A stretch of DNA of 64,000 nucleotides from Nitrosopumilus sp. (GCA_965224195.1 OZ245040.1:1856001-1920000); one strand, 5' to 3'. Positions 30,909-41,638 are shown, counted from the first letter of the stretch. Numbers and translations are program-made. The notes: generated from the letters alone by a model not told the origin.

Positions 30909-32034
30909 ATGGAATGTAATAGAATAGATGCCGGAAAGAAAATATTTGAAAATCCAAACGTTCAGATTCTAAGATTAGATGATCACCATTACACAGTAAA
31001 ATCTCAAACTACAAATCGCAAGTATGATGTGATAAAAACTGAATCAGGATTTGTTTGTACTTGTCCTGATCATACATTTAGAAAGATTTGTTGCAAGCAT
31101 ATTCATGGTGTAGAATTTTCAATTAAATTCAGAGCAGAAGTTAGAGAAAGAAACAAAGTAATCATTGAGCAGATTGATTGTAACAACTGTCCAAAGTGTA
31201 AATCTCAAAATATTGTAAAACATGGAATTAGAAAAAACAAGTCAGGGAATCTTCAAAGATATTCATGCAAAGATTGTAGCAAATGGTTTGTCTTTAATTT
31301 AGGATTTAAAAATATGAGAAATAACCCTAAGGCAATTACATCTGCAATGCAGTTATACTTTACAGGAGAATCATTAAGAAATGTTCAACAATTCTTACGA
31401 CTCCAAGGTGTACAAGTTTCACACCAAACTGTTTACAAGTGGATTAAAAAATACACTAAACTTATGGAATCATATCTGGATAAGATTACTCCGCAAGTGG
31501 GTGACACTTGGAGAGCAGATGAGGTTTACACCAAGGTTAAAGGAAATATGAAATATCTATTTGCATTAATTGATGATGAGACAAGATTTTTGATTGCAAA
31601 GGAAGTAGCAGATAGAAAAGAAGGTCATGATGCATCAGGTTTATTCAAGCAAGCAAAAGAGAAAGCAGGTAAAATTCCAAAGGTAATGATTACTGACGGT
31701 TTACAGTCGTATAGCGAGGCTCACAAAAAGGAATTTTGGACTTAGTAAAAATCCAAGATCAATCCATGTTAGACACATTCACCTAAAGGGAGACATGAAC
31801 AATAACAAGATGGAGCGTTGGAATGGCTCTTTCAGAGATAGAGAAAAGGTCACTAGGGGATTGAAGAAAGCAGATTCCCCATTAATTTCAGGTTATCAGA
31901 TATTTTTCAATTATGTTCGTCCTCATTCTGCCTTATATGGAAAGACTCCTTCTGAGATGTGTGGAATTGAGATCAAGGGTGAAAATAAATGGTTGACGTT
32001 GATACAAAATTCGGTGAAAGAAAATGGAATATGA
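30909..32034 (+). pseudogene. IS6-like DDE transposase with SWIM and Zn-ribbon N-terminus, frameshifted near 31742
   Basis: CTCPDH..CCKH, CPKC..YSCKDC, WRADEVY, ITDGL, NNKMER; split into two ORFs by a 1-nt indel. Confidence 0.9.
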
Positions 32035-32542
32035 ATTAGGTATACTGGGGTTAATCATAGGTCTCTGTGGACTAGCAGTTACATTATACCTCACTCATTA
32101 CATACAAGACTCTGATAAAAAAAGAAGAGAAAAAGAGGAAGGGTTTTACAAAATGGAAACAGAATCAAATTTTGCGGAAATAAAAACAATTTTTCGTAAT
32201 GTTATAACAATTGCAAATGGTTCTGGAGGTGGAGTTTGGGATGATGAAGAAAAAGAAGAAATAACTTATTCACTTAATGAATATTTTTCAAATAATTACA
32301 ATAAAATACGTTATCTAGAAGATGATACCAAGCGTTCTTTGAAAAGATGGAAAAGCTTAGATGCTTCAAAACAAAATCAAATTAAAGATGTTTTAAATAA
32401 CTTGAATTGGTTAATTCAAACATATTTTCCTGAAGGAATATCCATGTCTGAACATCAAAGAAGATGGATAGCACATCATAATGACCTTCATGACAAACAA
32501 AAGAACGTTCGTTCCATATTGAATTCAATAAAAATATCTTAG
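32024..32542 (+). CDS. Cargo protein: N-terminal TM plus helical domain
   Basis: 172-aa ORF overlapping the transposase stop. Confidence 0.7.
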   Translation: MEYELGILGLIIGLCGLAVTLYLTHYIQDSDKKRREKEEGFYKMETESNFAEIKTIFRNVITIANGSGGGVWDDEEKEEITYSLNEYFSNNYNKIRYLEDDTKRSLKRWKSLDASKQNQIKDVLNNLNWLIQTYFPEGISMSEHQRRWIAHHNDLHDKQKNVRSILNSIKIS

Positions 32543-33321
32543 ATGATATTTACGGATTTACAAGTTTCTAATACAAAACGTGCCCAGTTTTCCTGATTCA
32601 AACTACGTCTTATTGAAAATTCAGCATGGTTACCGAGAGTTACAGGTACTTTATCTTCATCAATTTCATCCACTATTCCATTACATTTTCTAATTCTCAT
32701 TTTAGGAGACCAATAGGTTGCTATTGGATAATGCGCTTTAAAGAATGGATGATTTGTTATACATGTGCCTGTTTGAGAATACGTAATATCATCTAAATCT
32801 TCTAACTTGTCATCTACGAACTCAAAGTTTGGTTTTGCTACATCATTTGCAACATCATAAGATTTGATTTTCATTACCAATTCCAACATTTTTGGTTTGC
32901 TTATTGTAATTTTTTTGAAACTTGGTTTTTCGTTTTCTTTCATTTCTGATTCATCAGATTCTTTATGAATTGCAAATGACAGTAATCTACTTACATGTGA
33001 TCTATATGCACCTCTACCGCCAACAATCAAACAATTTTTTGAAGGAGATATTAGAAATTCATAATTCTCAGTTCGAAATAAATTTCTTTCTTTAGGTGTA
33101 TTTTTGTCAATCACATCTTGGTATTGATATGTAAAAATTCCTCTTAGTGAGTTTTTTATTTTTTTGATTTTCAATATTGTTGCAGTTAAACGCACTTGTT
33201 CCAACTTGTTGATCTTATTTTTCTTTCTGTATGACATTTCAAGACCTTCTGGAAGCATTTGGGAAATTTCACCTAATCCTAAAGGATATTCATATCCAAA
33301 AACTTGAATTGATCCAACCAT
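32539..33321 (-). CDS. Hypothetical cargo protein preceded by the element's operator
   Basis: 260-aa ORF; TTAGGTGCCTAA lies just above the start. Confidence 0.75.
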   Translation of the reverse strand: MVGSIQVFGYEYPLGLGEISQMLPEGLEMSYRKKNKINKLEQVRLTATILKIKKIKNSLRGIFTYQYQDVIDKNTPKERNLFRTENYEFLISPSKNCLIVGGRGAYRSHVSRLLSFAIHKESDESEMKENEKPSFKKITISKPKMLELVMKIKSYDVANDVAKPNFEFVDDKLEDLDDITYSQTGTCITNHPFFKAHYPIATYWSPKMRIRKCNGIVDEIDEDKVPVTLGNHAEFSIRRSLNQENWARFVLETCKSVNII

Positions 33322-33394
33322 AAAATTAGGTGCCTAATCCACTATATAAGACGATCCTACTTAAAGCGACATAATCCTACTTTAGATACTCAAT

Positions 33395-33685
33395 ATGAAA
33401 ACAACTGAACCAAAGAACAAATTAAAATTATGCCCCCCACTTTCTTTTTTTATTATGCAACAAAAATATCTGCGAATTATTATTTTGATGTTGGTTGGAG
33501 TAGGAATATCTTTTACAATTAATGCGATTTACACATCTTATCTAATGCATTCCATAGATCCACCAATATCTCAGGAACAGATATCCATTGCGATAATTGG
33601 TCTTATACTTAGTATTGCATGGCATTCCCCATTCTTTATTATTGCATATTTGTTATACCGAAAATATAAAAAAACAAAAAATTAA
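33395..33685 (+). CDS. Two-TM hypothetical protein
   Basis: Hydrophobic helices; the true start may be the internal Met (MQQKY). Confidence 0.55.
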   Translation: MKTTEPKNKLKLCPPLSFFIMQQKYLRIIILMLVGVGISFTINAIYTSYLMHSIDPPISQEQISIAIIGLILSIAWHSPFFIIAYLLYRKYKKTKN

Positions 33686-33691
33686 AAAATT

Positions 33692-33886
33692 ATGACTAAT
33701 TTAATATGGTATCTTTTACCTTTCTTTTTTGGGTTTGTGGGTCATGTCATGCTATCAAACTCTCTTGTACATGATGATAAAAAAACTGTAATGATTAGTT
33801 TCAGAATTGCAATAATCATAACTTGTGTTTATTCTGCGTTATTTGTTGTATACCTTATTAAATTTGGTATACTAAATGATGATTAA
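33692..33886 (+). CDS. Small two-TM protein
   Basis: WYLLPFFFGFVG, 64 aa. Confidence 0.55.
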   Translation: MTNLIWYLLPFFFGFVGHVMLSNSLVHDDKKTVMISFRIAIIITCVYSALFVVYLIKFGILNDD

Positions 33887-34007
33887 GAAATAATCATGCA
33901 CGAATTACAAGAACTATCAAAATGAAGATATTGGTATTCAAGTTCAAATGAGCCGATAATTTACACGAAAAAGATCTGTACCTATGTGCTAACAAGTTGA
34001 CAGAACC

Positions 34008-34193
34008 CATTTCACTGTTAACTACTACAAATAATGCTTTGATTGCAATTCGTAATTCATTTACAAACCACTTTAATTCCATAGGTAGTTTTGCGTCATC
34101 AGAAATTTTCGTCAGACGTTCATACCAATCATCATTTAATATTTCATCAAAACCTTGAATACTTTTAATGAAATCATCATCATAGTGTGTCAT
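34008..34193 (-). pseudogene. Small gene running into the nested element's right TIR
   Basis: The ORF reads ...VNSEM and then the TIR-derived GSVNLLAHRY. Confidence 0.55.
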
Positions 34194-34336
34194 TTTTTAT
34201 CTTTCACCCATCTCTCGATTGCTTTTTCAACTAACTCAGACACGTCAATATCTTCTTTGATAGCTTCTATCTTTGCTTTTTTCCATACATCAGGTCTTAC
34301 TTTGATCGATGTTGTAGTTCTTTCTACTTTCACCAT
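34190..34336 (-). CDS. Ribbon-helix-helix DNA-binding protein (48 aa, not in the ORF track)
   Basis: MVKVERTTTSIKVRPDVWKKAKIEAIKEDIDVSELVEKAIERWV; divergent from transposase 2. Confidence 0.8.
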   Translation of the reverse strand: MVKVERTTTSIKVRPDVWKKAKIEAIKEDIDVSELVEKAIERWVKDKK

Positions 34337-34395
34337 ATAATACCATACTACTCATAGTATATAATATTTTTCAAGAGTGTTTATGTAATAGTATT

Positions 34396-35524
34396 ATGTA
34401 CTACTACTAGTATAAATCCAAGACAAGAAAAAGGCAAACAAATAGCACTAAAATCAGATTTGATTAGAGTTTCAGACTATCATTATCATGTACATTCCCA
34501 GACTACCAATAGAGATTATGACGTTATCAGAGTAAATGAAAAATGGACGTGCACCTGTCCTGACCACAAGTATCGAAACAGAATTTGCTGTAAGCACATT
34601 CATGCAATAGAATTTTCAATCAAAATTAGAGAGGAGGTACGAGAAAGAAATAAGGTTACAATCGAACCTGTGACCATTGATTCTTGTCGCTTCTGTCATG
34701 GCAAGAACATTGTAAAAAATGGTGTTCGTAAAAACAAGCATACAGCAATTCAAAGATTCTCATGTTCAGATTGCCACAGAACATTCTCAATGAATCTAGG
34801 CTTTGAGAAGATGAAACACAATCCTAAAGGAATCACTACTGCCATGCAGTTGTATTTCTCAGGTGAATCATTAAGAAACGTGGCTAGATCCCTCAAACTT
34901 CTAGGCATGGATGTATCACACCAAACTATCTACAACTGGATTGAAAAATATACCAAACTCATGAATCAATACTTAGACAAGATAGTTCCCCAAGTAGGTG
35001 ATGCGTGGCGAGCTGACGAGATTTATGTAAAAATTCGTGGTGAATTAAAATATGTATTTGCAATGATGGATGATGAAACCAGATTCTGGATTGCTCAAGA
35101 AGTTGGTGACAGAAAAGAAGGACATAACGCAGGAGGGTTACTACAAAAGGCAAAACAAGTTACACAAACAAAACCTAAAGTGTTCATCACAGATGGTCTA
35201 GGATCATATCATGAAGCATACAAGAAAGAATTTTGGACATTGAAAAGACGTAACAGAACATTACACATCAGACATATTCACTTGCAAGATGACATGAACA
35301 ATAACAAGATGGAACGACTCAATGGAGAAATTAGAGATAGGGAAAAAGTAATGAGAGGAATAAAGAAAAAAGATTCAGTTACACTAACTGGTTATCAGTT
35401 GTTTCACAATTACATTCGACCACACAGTGCATTAGGTGGATTGACACCTAGTGAAAAATGTGGTATGGAGATTCAAGGAGACAATAAATGGATTACATTA
35501 ATTCAGAATGCTAGTAAGAAATGA
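34396..35524 (+). CDS. IS6-like DDE transposase with SWIM and Zn-ribbon N-terminus (start uncertain)
   Basis: CTCPDH..CCKH, CRFC..FSCSDC, WRADEIY, ITDGL, NNKMERLN. The body is intact; ATG 34396 is 1 nt out of frame and the first in-frame start is TTG 34460. Confidence 0.9.
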
Positions 35525-35803
35525 TTATTGATTATCTTGACAATGAACAAAGAACAGGATTTTTCTATCTCTCATTGGATTAATTACAACTTCTACTCTT
35601 CCATCAATGATAAACAACATGTGTCCTGCACTTTTTTGAACATGTGTACATTCAACAAATGCAGGATGTTTTTCAGGATGTTCAAATTCAACAATGTCTG
35701 TTTTGAATTTGGTTAGAAGATCTACGGAAGGATCAGAAACATACTCAATATTTACAAAATATTGTGACCACGTAGGTGTTTTACATGTCCAAAAACGAGT
35801 CAA
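35525..35803 (-). CDS. Hypothetical protein
   Basis: 92-aa ORF convergent on the transposase. Confidence 0.5.
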   Translation of the reverse strand: MTRFWTCKTPTWSQYFVNIEYVSDPSVDLLTKFKTDIVEFEHPEKHPAFVECTHVQKSAGHMLFIIDGRVEVVINPMRDRKILFFVHCQDNQ

Positions 35804-36057
35804 TATGTAACAAAAACTACTGAGGGATTAAATATCTACTTCTTGATCTTCCGTATGCGTCTCAAATTTCTTAGATGATTCTTGTGCTATTTTGAAATGA
35901 CGTTCTTCCCAATGTCTTTTCTCGGATTCCATGTTATAATGTAACATAATACATGTTATAAATTTTCGAAGTTTTACAACAATCACACACGATTATTAAG
36001 AAATTTACATAATCTTAATAATATTTGATATTTGGACGGTACCACTCAAATCTCCAT

Positions 36058-36105
36058 CAACTGACTTTTTACGCCTATTTTATCAACCGTAGGCTTTACA
36101 GAACC
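36058..36105 (-). repeat. Internal right-end TIR copy R1
   Basis: rc GGTTCTGTAAAGCCTACGGTTGATAAAATAGGCGTAAAAAGTCAGTTG. Confidence 0.85.
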
Positions 36106-36969
36106 TGATGAACACATTGATGAATTCAGAACACACATGAAAGATCACATGAAGGACCGCATGATGGACAAAGCCCATGATAAACCACATATGGATTATG
36201 ATAGACTATGTGCATTAGCAGATTCTGAACGTGCAGCAGAAATTGATGATTCAGAAAAACTTGACAGACTTTCTAAATGGTGTGATATGAGCGCTGAAGA
36301 AAGAGAAGACTATAAGATGAAACATCATGATGCCATGAAAGACAAAGCTCATGACAAAATGTCTGATGCAGCAAAAGACAAAATGAAAATGAAATTATCT
36401 GACAAATCTGACCGTATCAAGGCAATGATCATGGACAAACATGACATTTCTGATGAGCGTAGAGAAGAAATCAAGATGAAATACATTGAGAAACATGGTG
36501 ATCTGACTGACGAGAAAAAGTCTGAACTCAAAATGAAATTCAAAGATCATATGAAAAATATGAGAATGAATATCTCTGATGAGCGAAAATCTTCAATTCA
36601 TGATAGACTAGCTGAGATGAAAGCCTTCAAGGCAGAACTCCGCGATAGAGCATCTGAAATGACTGACGAGGAAAAACAGGAACTTGGAGCAGAATTCATT
36701 GAAAAGGCAAAAGACATGCAATTAGCATGGATTTCCCCACGCACACAAATGACTGCCGGCATTGATGCTGGAGATGTAGAATGTAGAGAAGGATTTAGCC
36801 TGGTAATGAAAGCATCAAACGGTGTTGCAATGTGCCTTAAAGCAGATACAGCACTTAAGTAATGAATTTGATTTCCTTCATAGATTCCTTTGTGCATGTT
36901 GCAATGTGCCTTAAAGCAGATACAGCACTTAAGATGATAGATAGAGGACTAGTAGTTCCTGCTAACTAA
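36106..36969 (+). pseudogene. M/K/D/H-rich helical protein fragment, 5'-truncated by R1 and interrupted near its 3' end
   Basis: The frame runs from the TIR; the C-terminal motif CREGFSLVMKASNGVAMCLKADTALK-MIDRGLVVPAN is split by a duplication/insert. Confidence 0.75.
36823..36933 (+). repeat. Repeat-spacer-repeat: 37-bp exact duplication around a 37-bp insert (CRISPR-like single spacer)
   Basis: TGTTGCAATGTGCCTTAAAGCAGATACAGCACTTAAG at 36823-36859 and 36897-36933. Confidence 0.9.
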
Positions 36970-37223
36970 TTTTTTTCTTTTTTATTTTAATTGAAGCCCT
37001 TCTGGCCCATGCCCTACTTGATCCTTTATCTGGCCCATGATTATAGAGGTGATACTATGACTATACCTGACTATTCTCTAGAGGATTTGTCCGACATTTC
37101 CCCCTTTGAAAATTACACTAGTGCGATCAGATATGTTGTAAATTATCCTGGTATTTTATATTCAGAAATAAAATAAAAATTTGAATTGATTTAGTAAAAT
37201 TATCTGAGAAATTAATTTTTACG

Positions 37224-39376
37224 TTAACCATTAATGAATTCATTGAGTCTAGTTTGACTTTCATCATCTTCAATATAGAAAGATTCATTTCTATTTTTTA
37301 CAATTTTTTGTTTTTTTAACCATGATGAAATAGTTGAAGCACGTCTTCTTGCTGTACTTGCTGATAAATTTGTACTATATTCTAAAAATTTAGTAATGTC
37401 ATTAGTGGTAAATTGGGTTTTAGAGTCTGATTTTAGATAAAGAAAAAATGCTTTGACAACAGGAAGTTCTTTAATTAAAGTATCAATTATGTCATTACGA
37501 TCCCCATCTGAATACGTCCCTATCTTATCTACAAGTTTAGTAGAGACATAGTAATTGTTAGATTTTTCAATTAACCCCAACATTTCTGCTGCATCTAAAT
37601 AATACATTGCCATTCTAGGACGTACACTCATTATTTTTGCTAATTTTTTAGCAGTTATTTTTTCAGATTTACAATAAAATGGAATATCCAGTACTTTATC
37701 AAAATTATTGGCGTCTGGAACAGATTTTGTATCTAAATAAAATGTATTATCCTTATTTGATGAATTTTTTAGTAATAATGAAAGATTTTGCTTATCTTTC
37801 CATTCTTGATTATTTGATGAATTTTTTAATTTTTTAGTAATATGTTCCGTTAATGCAATTATTTCTGGATTATATTCTGAAAACGTTAATGATTTTTGGT
37901 TTGTAGTACTAGTGATATTTTGAATATTATTTTGACGTATCAATGGTAATGAGCTTTTATTAAACGAACACATTGTCCAATCTAATTCACGTTCAATTTT
38001 TCTTTTAGCAGCACCCAATGTATGTAATATGTCCGAATAAGATTCATTTTCAATATCAAATAATTTAGCTGCCTTGATCGTTTCTGTAGTATCTAAAAGA
38101 AATTTAGGTATTGAAATAAAAGAAGTACTAAATTTAGTCAAAATATCTAAGGATTTTTCCAATTCAGAGTCTTCTTTTTTATGAAGTAAATCCAAATAGG
38201 TACTTTCGGCAAAAGCTAACATAAAGCTATTTTGAACAGATTTTTTCATTTTTTCTTGATTTTTTGATAATTCTAAAAATACTGAGTCTACCATTTTTAA
38301 TATTGGATTTAATACATCTAGACTTTCTTGCATGTCTTTTTGATATCTACGTTCGTAAATTTTACCTAGTGCTTTGAATATCTCATAGGACACTTTTGAT
38401 GAATAATCAGGCTCCTTAATGCCATTAAGCCTAACAATTATTTCTTCTGCAGATTGTTGAGAAGTGTCTGAAAGTATGTTCTTTGGTAAAAAATCATCTA
38501 ACTGTTTAGAACTTAATGAATTATTTCTTTGTTTTAAAATTTGCCGAAGTTTTTTTTTAAAGCATTGTTGGGGTTTGTAGAAATTGTTAAAGTTGAATTT
38601 CTCCCTTCAGGTTTTTTCAACGAAAGTTCATAGAAATTTTCCCATAGATAATCACCTTCATTTAATTCAAGTACTACGTTAGAGTTTGCACATATAATTC
38701 CTAGACTTCTTGCTGCAGATTGAACTTTTATGTTGTCTGTCACTAAAGATGTTTTTTCATCAATACATGTTACTACAAGTCTTGATTCATAAGAAGATAA
38801 TTTTTTAATTCGTCTAAGATAATAGTCTATTTTTGTGGAACTTTCAACATCATTATATGTAGAAGATATGAATACTTGTTTTTCATCGTTTAGAAAACTT
38901 TCTAATTTTTCATTATCTTGATCATATGCAAATTGTTTTAATTCAGAATAATCATGATCTGTCAACATTATTTTAGAATGATTGAAAATTCGTTGTAATC
39001 CCTCAATCTGTACCATTTCAAAAATATCTTTGAAACTTTTTTCATCAACAACAAATGTGTCTGAAATAGGTTCAGGCTTAACGTCGTGTGTTTTATTTAG
39101 AAAATCAAGTAACAATGAACGGAATTCCATTCCTAGTTTAGTTAAGTGATAAAATGCATAAGAACCATTTTCAGGATCTGTAATTTCACCTTTAACTATG
39201 CAGTATTTTTGTAATTTTTCTAATTGTTTTTGTAAACTGTCATTTGAAAGATTTGTTTCAGTTTGTAATTTTTTGAAAGATGCCCTTTCATTTTGTTCCA
39301 ACGTCTCAATGATTAGGATGCTAGATCGTTCACTGACAGTATTAATTGCAGCTAAATTTAGGAGTGGATTTTCCAT
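37224..39376 (-). CDS. wHTH-PIN-like protein joined by a -1 shift at an A9 run to a restriction-associated winged-helix domain (two ORFs as sequenced)
   Basis: ORF 38534-39376 has an HTH plus FVVD..LVTDN; the frame of 37224-38393 is open back to the A9 run; YYLDAAEMLGL and STARRRASTISSW motifs. Confidence 0.65.
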
Positions 39377-39456
39377 ATTATGCTATAATTTGATCGGGAT
39401 ATAAGAGTTCTGCATAACCAGAGTTTTTAAATAGTCAAACCCTGATTATACTAAGC

Positions 39457-39924
39457 GTGAGAAACAACATTTCCATTTACAGTGATACTCTGATTGACCA
39501 TTTAAGGCGTGGCACTTTGGAAACTTTTCTAGAGGAATGTAAGCAAGAGAGTACACGATTGTACATACCATTTGGAGTTCGCAAAGAAGTTGAAGAAGAT
39601 TTGGACAATGTGGTTGAAACTGAATTGTGGCATAATTTGTTAAAACAAGGATTATCTCAAGGGGTGATTGTAAAATCAAGGCATAAGTATGATTTTGAAC
39701 GCCCTTACAAAATTTTGTTTAGTAGATTGAATTCAATCAATCCTGAATTGAATTCTGTCCAAAGACATATTGTTACACTGTCACTTCAAATTGGAATCAA
39801 TGTTAATACCAACAATAAACAAATCATTCGAACAATTAATGAAATCAAAACTACTGCACATTTACAAAAATATGCTACACGATTAATATCAAAAGCAAAA
39901 TCAGATTCTATCAAGAATTATTAA
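39457..39924 (+). CDS. PIN-like domain protein
   Basis: IYSDTLI, LYIPFGVRKEV, VNTNNK pattern. Confidence 0.55.
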   Translation: MRNNISIYSDTLIDHLRRGTLETFLEECKQESTRLYIPFGVRKEVEEDLDNVVETELWHNLLKQGLSQGVIVKSRHKYDFERPYKILFSRLNSINPELNSVQRHIVTLSLQIGINVNTNNKQIIRTINEIKTTAHLQKYATRLISKAKSDSIKNY

Positions 39925-39981
39925 TTTTTAGTTGTCTAAACTATTCTTAGATGTTGTGGGATCCCTTTACATGATTAATAA

Positions 39982-40542
39982 GTGACGAATATGCCTAAGA
40001 ACAGAATAAGAATTGTCAATCTAGAAGGAAAATGTCTAAAGTGTAAATCTACTTTTGCTACAACAATGCCTAAAGAAAATTTTATTGAAGGAACAGGGAT
40101 GATCACTTTTTGTAAAAAATGTGATAAAAAAATTGATTATAATGTTGCAAGTTATGATGAACAATTTTTAGAAGAATTGATAGGCCAGCCTTGTAAAATT
40201 TGTAATTATCCAATTTCAGACATACACCATATTATTCCTAAAAAATTTGGAGGTACAGATGAAATAAAAAATTTAGTAAATTTATGCCCAAATCATCACA
40301 GAGTATTTCATCTCCTTGTTTCAATGGAAAGAAAACAAAGAAAATTAAAAAATAAGTATTCTAATAATTTTAAATTGAATCAACAAGCCAGAATTGTTTT
40401 AGAAATTATGCAAAACGATAGAAAAATGTTTGATTATTTTCTTTCTGTAAAACCAATACTGGAAGATAACTCTGTGTTTATGACAGATGCAGAACTTTTC
40501 AGACATGTTAAAAAATTACTTAAAAAAAATAAAGAATTGTAA
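39982..40542 (+). CDS. HNH endonuclease with N-terminal Zn ribbon
   Basis: CKIC..DIHHIIPKKFGGTDEIKNLVNLCPNHHRVFH. Confidence 0.88.
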   Translation: MTNMPKNRIRIVNLEGKCLKCKSTFATTMPKENFIEGTGMITFCKKCDKKIDYNVASYDEQFLEELIGQPCKICNYPISDIHHIIPKKFGGTDEIKNLVNLCPNHHRVFHLLVSMERKQRKLKNKYSNNFKLNQQARIVLEIMQNDRKMFDYFLSVKPILEDNSVFMTDAELFRHVKKLLKKNKEL

Positions 40543-40715
40543 TTACAAATTATATACTAATTCAATTAATAAGCACAAGATGGTAGTTACAAATTAGTAT
40601 GAATTTTGAAGCATGACAATTATCTAACTTTTACTATTTCTTTTAAGATTTTTCCATCTTGTCTGTTTTTTTAAAAATTACGATCAAAAATTAATCAAAA
40701 GTTATCACAAATTCT

Positions 40716-41180
40716 CTATTTTTTTATTCTAGGTAATTGATTTAGATTTGATTCCATTTCTTTGTATTTTTTTGGATAATTTGCTTGCAGTTCTTCTATG
40801 ATTTTTGCTGCTGCGGCATTTGAGCTGCTTTCCCCATAATAATTATCTAAAGTTACAATTAATTTTGAATTAAAGATATGTCCTAAATCTTTAAAGAATT
40901 CCTCTTTACTTATCGATATGGTATTGGCTAGAAAATTTCGCTCAAGTAATCGAATTAATCTAAACAATATACTGATTCCTCTATTGTGACCGAAATAAGC
41001 TCCATCTACAAACGAATGTGCTTGTAAATATCCTTGCATGAGTTTCAAAATGTTAGATAATTTTTTGAATGTTTTTTCAACAGTTTCCTCAACCTGGCCA
41101 TTACGACGCATATTAGTTACTAACGTTGTCAATGTGATTTTGGTTCCTTTAGTCTCATCTACATATCCGAAAAAAATCCT
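40716..41180 (-). pseudogene. 3' fragment of a larger gene of unknown family
   Basis: The frame is open upstream of the TTG into the truncated phosphoesterase gene; no credible start. Confidence 0.45.
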
Positions 41181-41617
41181 GTTTTTGAAAAATCTAACAT
41201 TTTTTGAATAGAATTTGATTTTTTAATACGTTGTTGCTTGAAGAAATCATTTGAAAATCCTGCATGAGTACATAACCATTTGTCATCAATGAAATAATGC
41301 ATTAATAACTTATTCCAGTCAATAGAATACTTTTTGATTGCATTGTGTTTGTCTGTTCTATACCCTGCACATTTGAGGTTTGGATTGTTTGTCATGTAAC
41401 TTAGATCATGATTACCAATCAGATGTATTCTATTTTCTTGTTTTAGTGATTTTACGAGCCATTTTACAGTGTTTATCATATCTTGTACTGTATCATCAAA
41501 GTCATCAAAATAATCTCCTAAAAATATTATTTTATCTGGATTCTCTTTTTTTATTATTTTCTCTGCTGTAAGGTAATCATTGTGGATATCTGGGATGATA
41601 ATTGTCTTGATCTCCAT
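41159..41617 (-). pseudogene. Calcineurin-like metallophosphoesterase, C-terminally truncated
   Basis: PDIHN, LGDYFD, GNHD and THAG present; final GH motif absent. Confidence 0.75.
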
Positions 41618-41638
41618 TCTAATTATTACAACATATCA

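Larger units (their letters stand above)
30606..34007 (+). mobile_element. Nested 3.4-kb IS6-type cargo transposon with about 63-bp TIRs
   Basis: GGTTCTGTCAACTTGTTAGCACATAGGTACAGATCTT is identical at both ends and similarity continues to about 63 bp; contains a regulator, a transposase and four cargo ORFs; no TSD seen. Confidence 0.9.

Noticed and set aside
39982-40542. HNH proteins as IscB/Cas9-like RNA-guided nucleases
   Set aside because: No RuvC motifs, PLMP N-terminus or adjacent structured RNA recognised.
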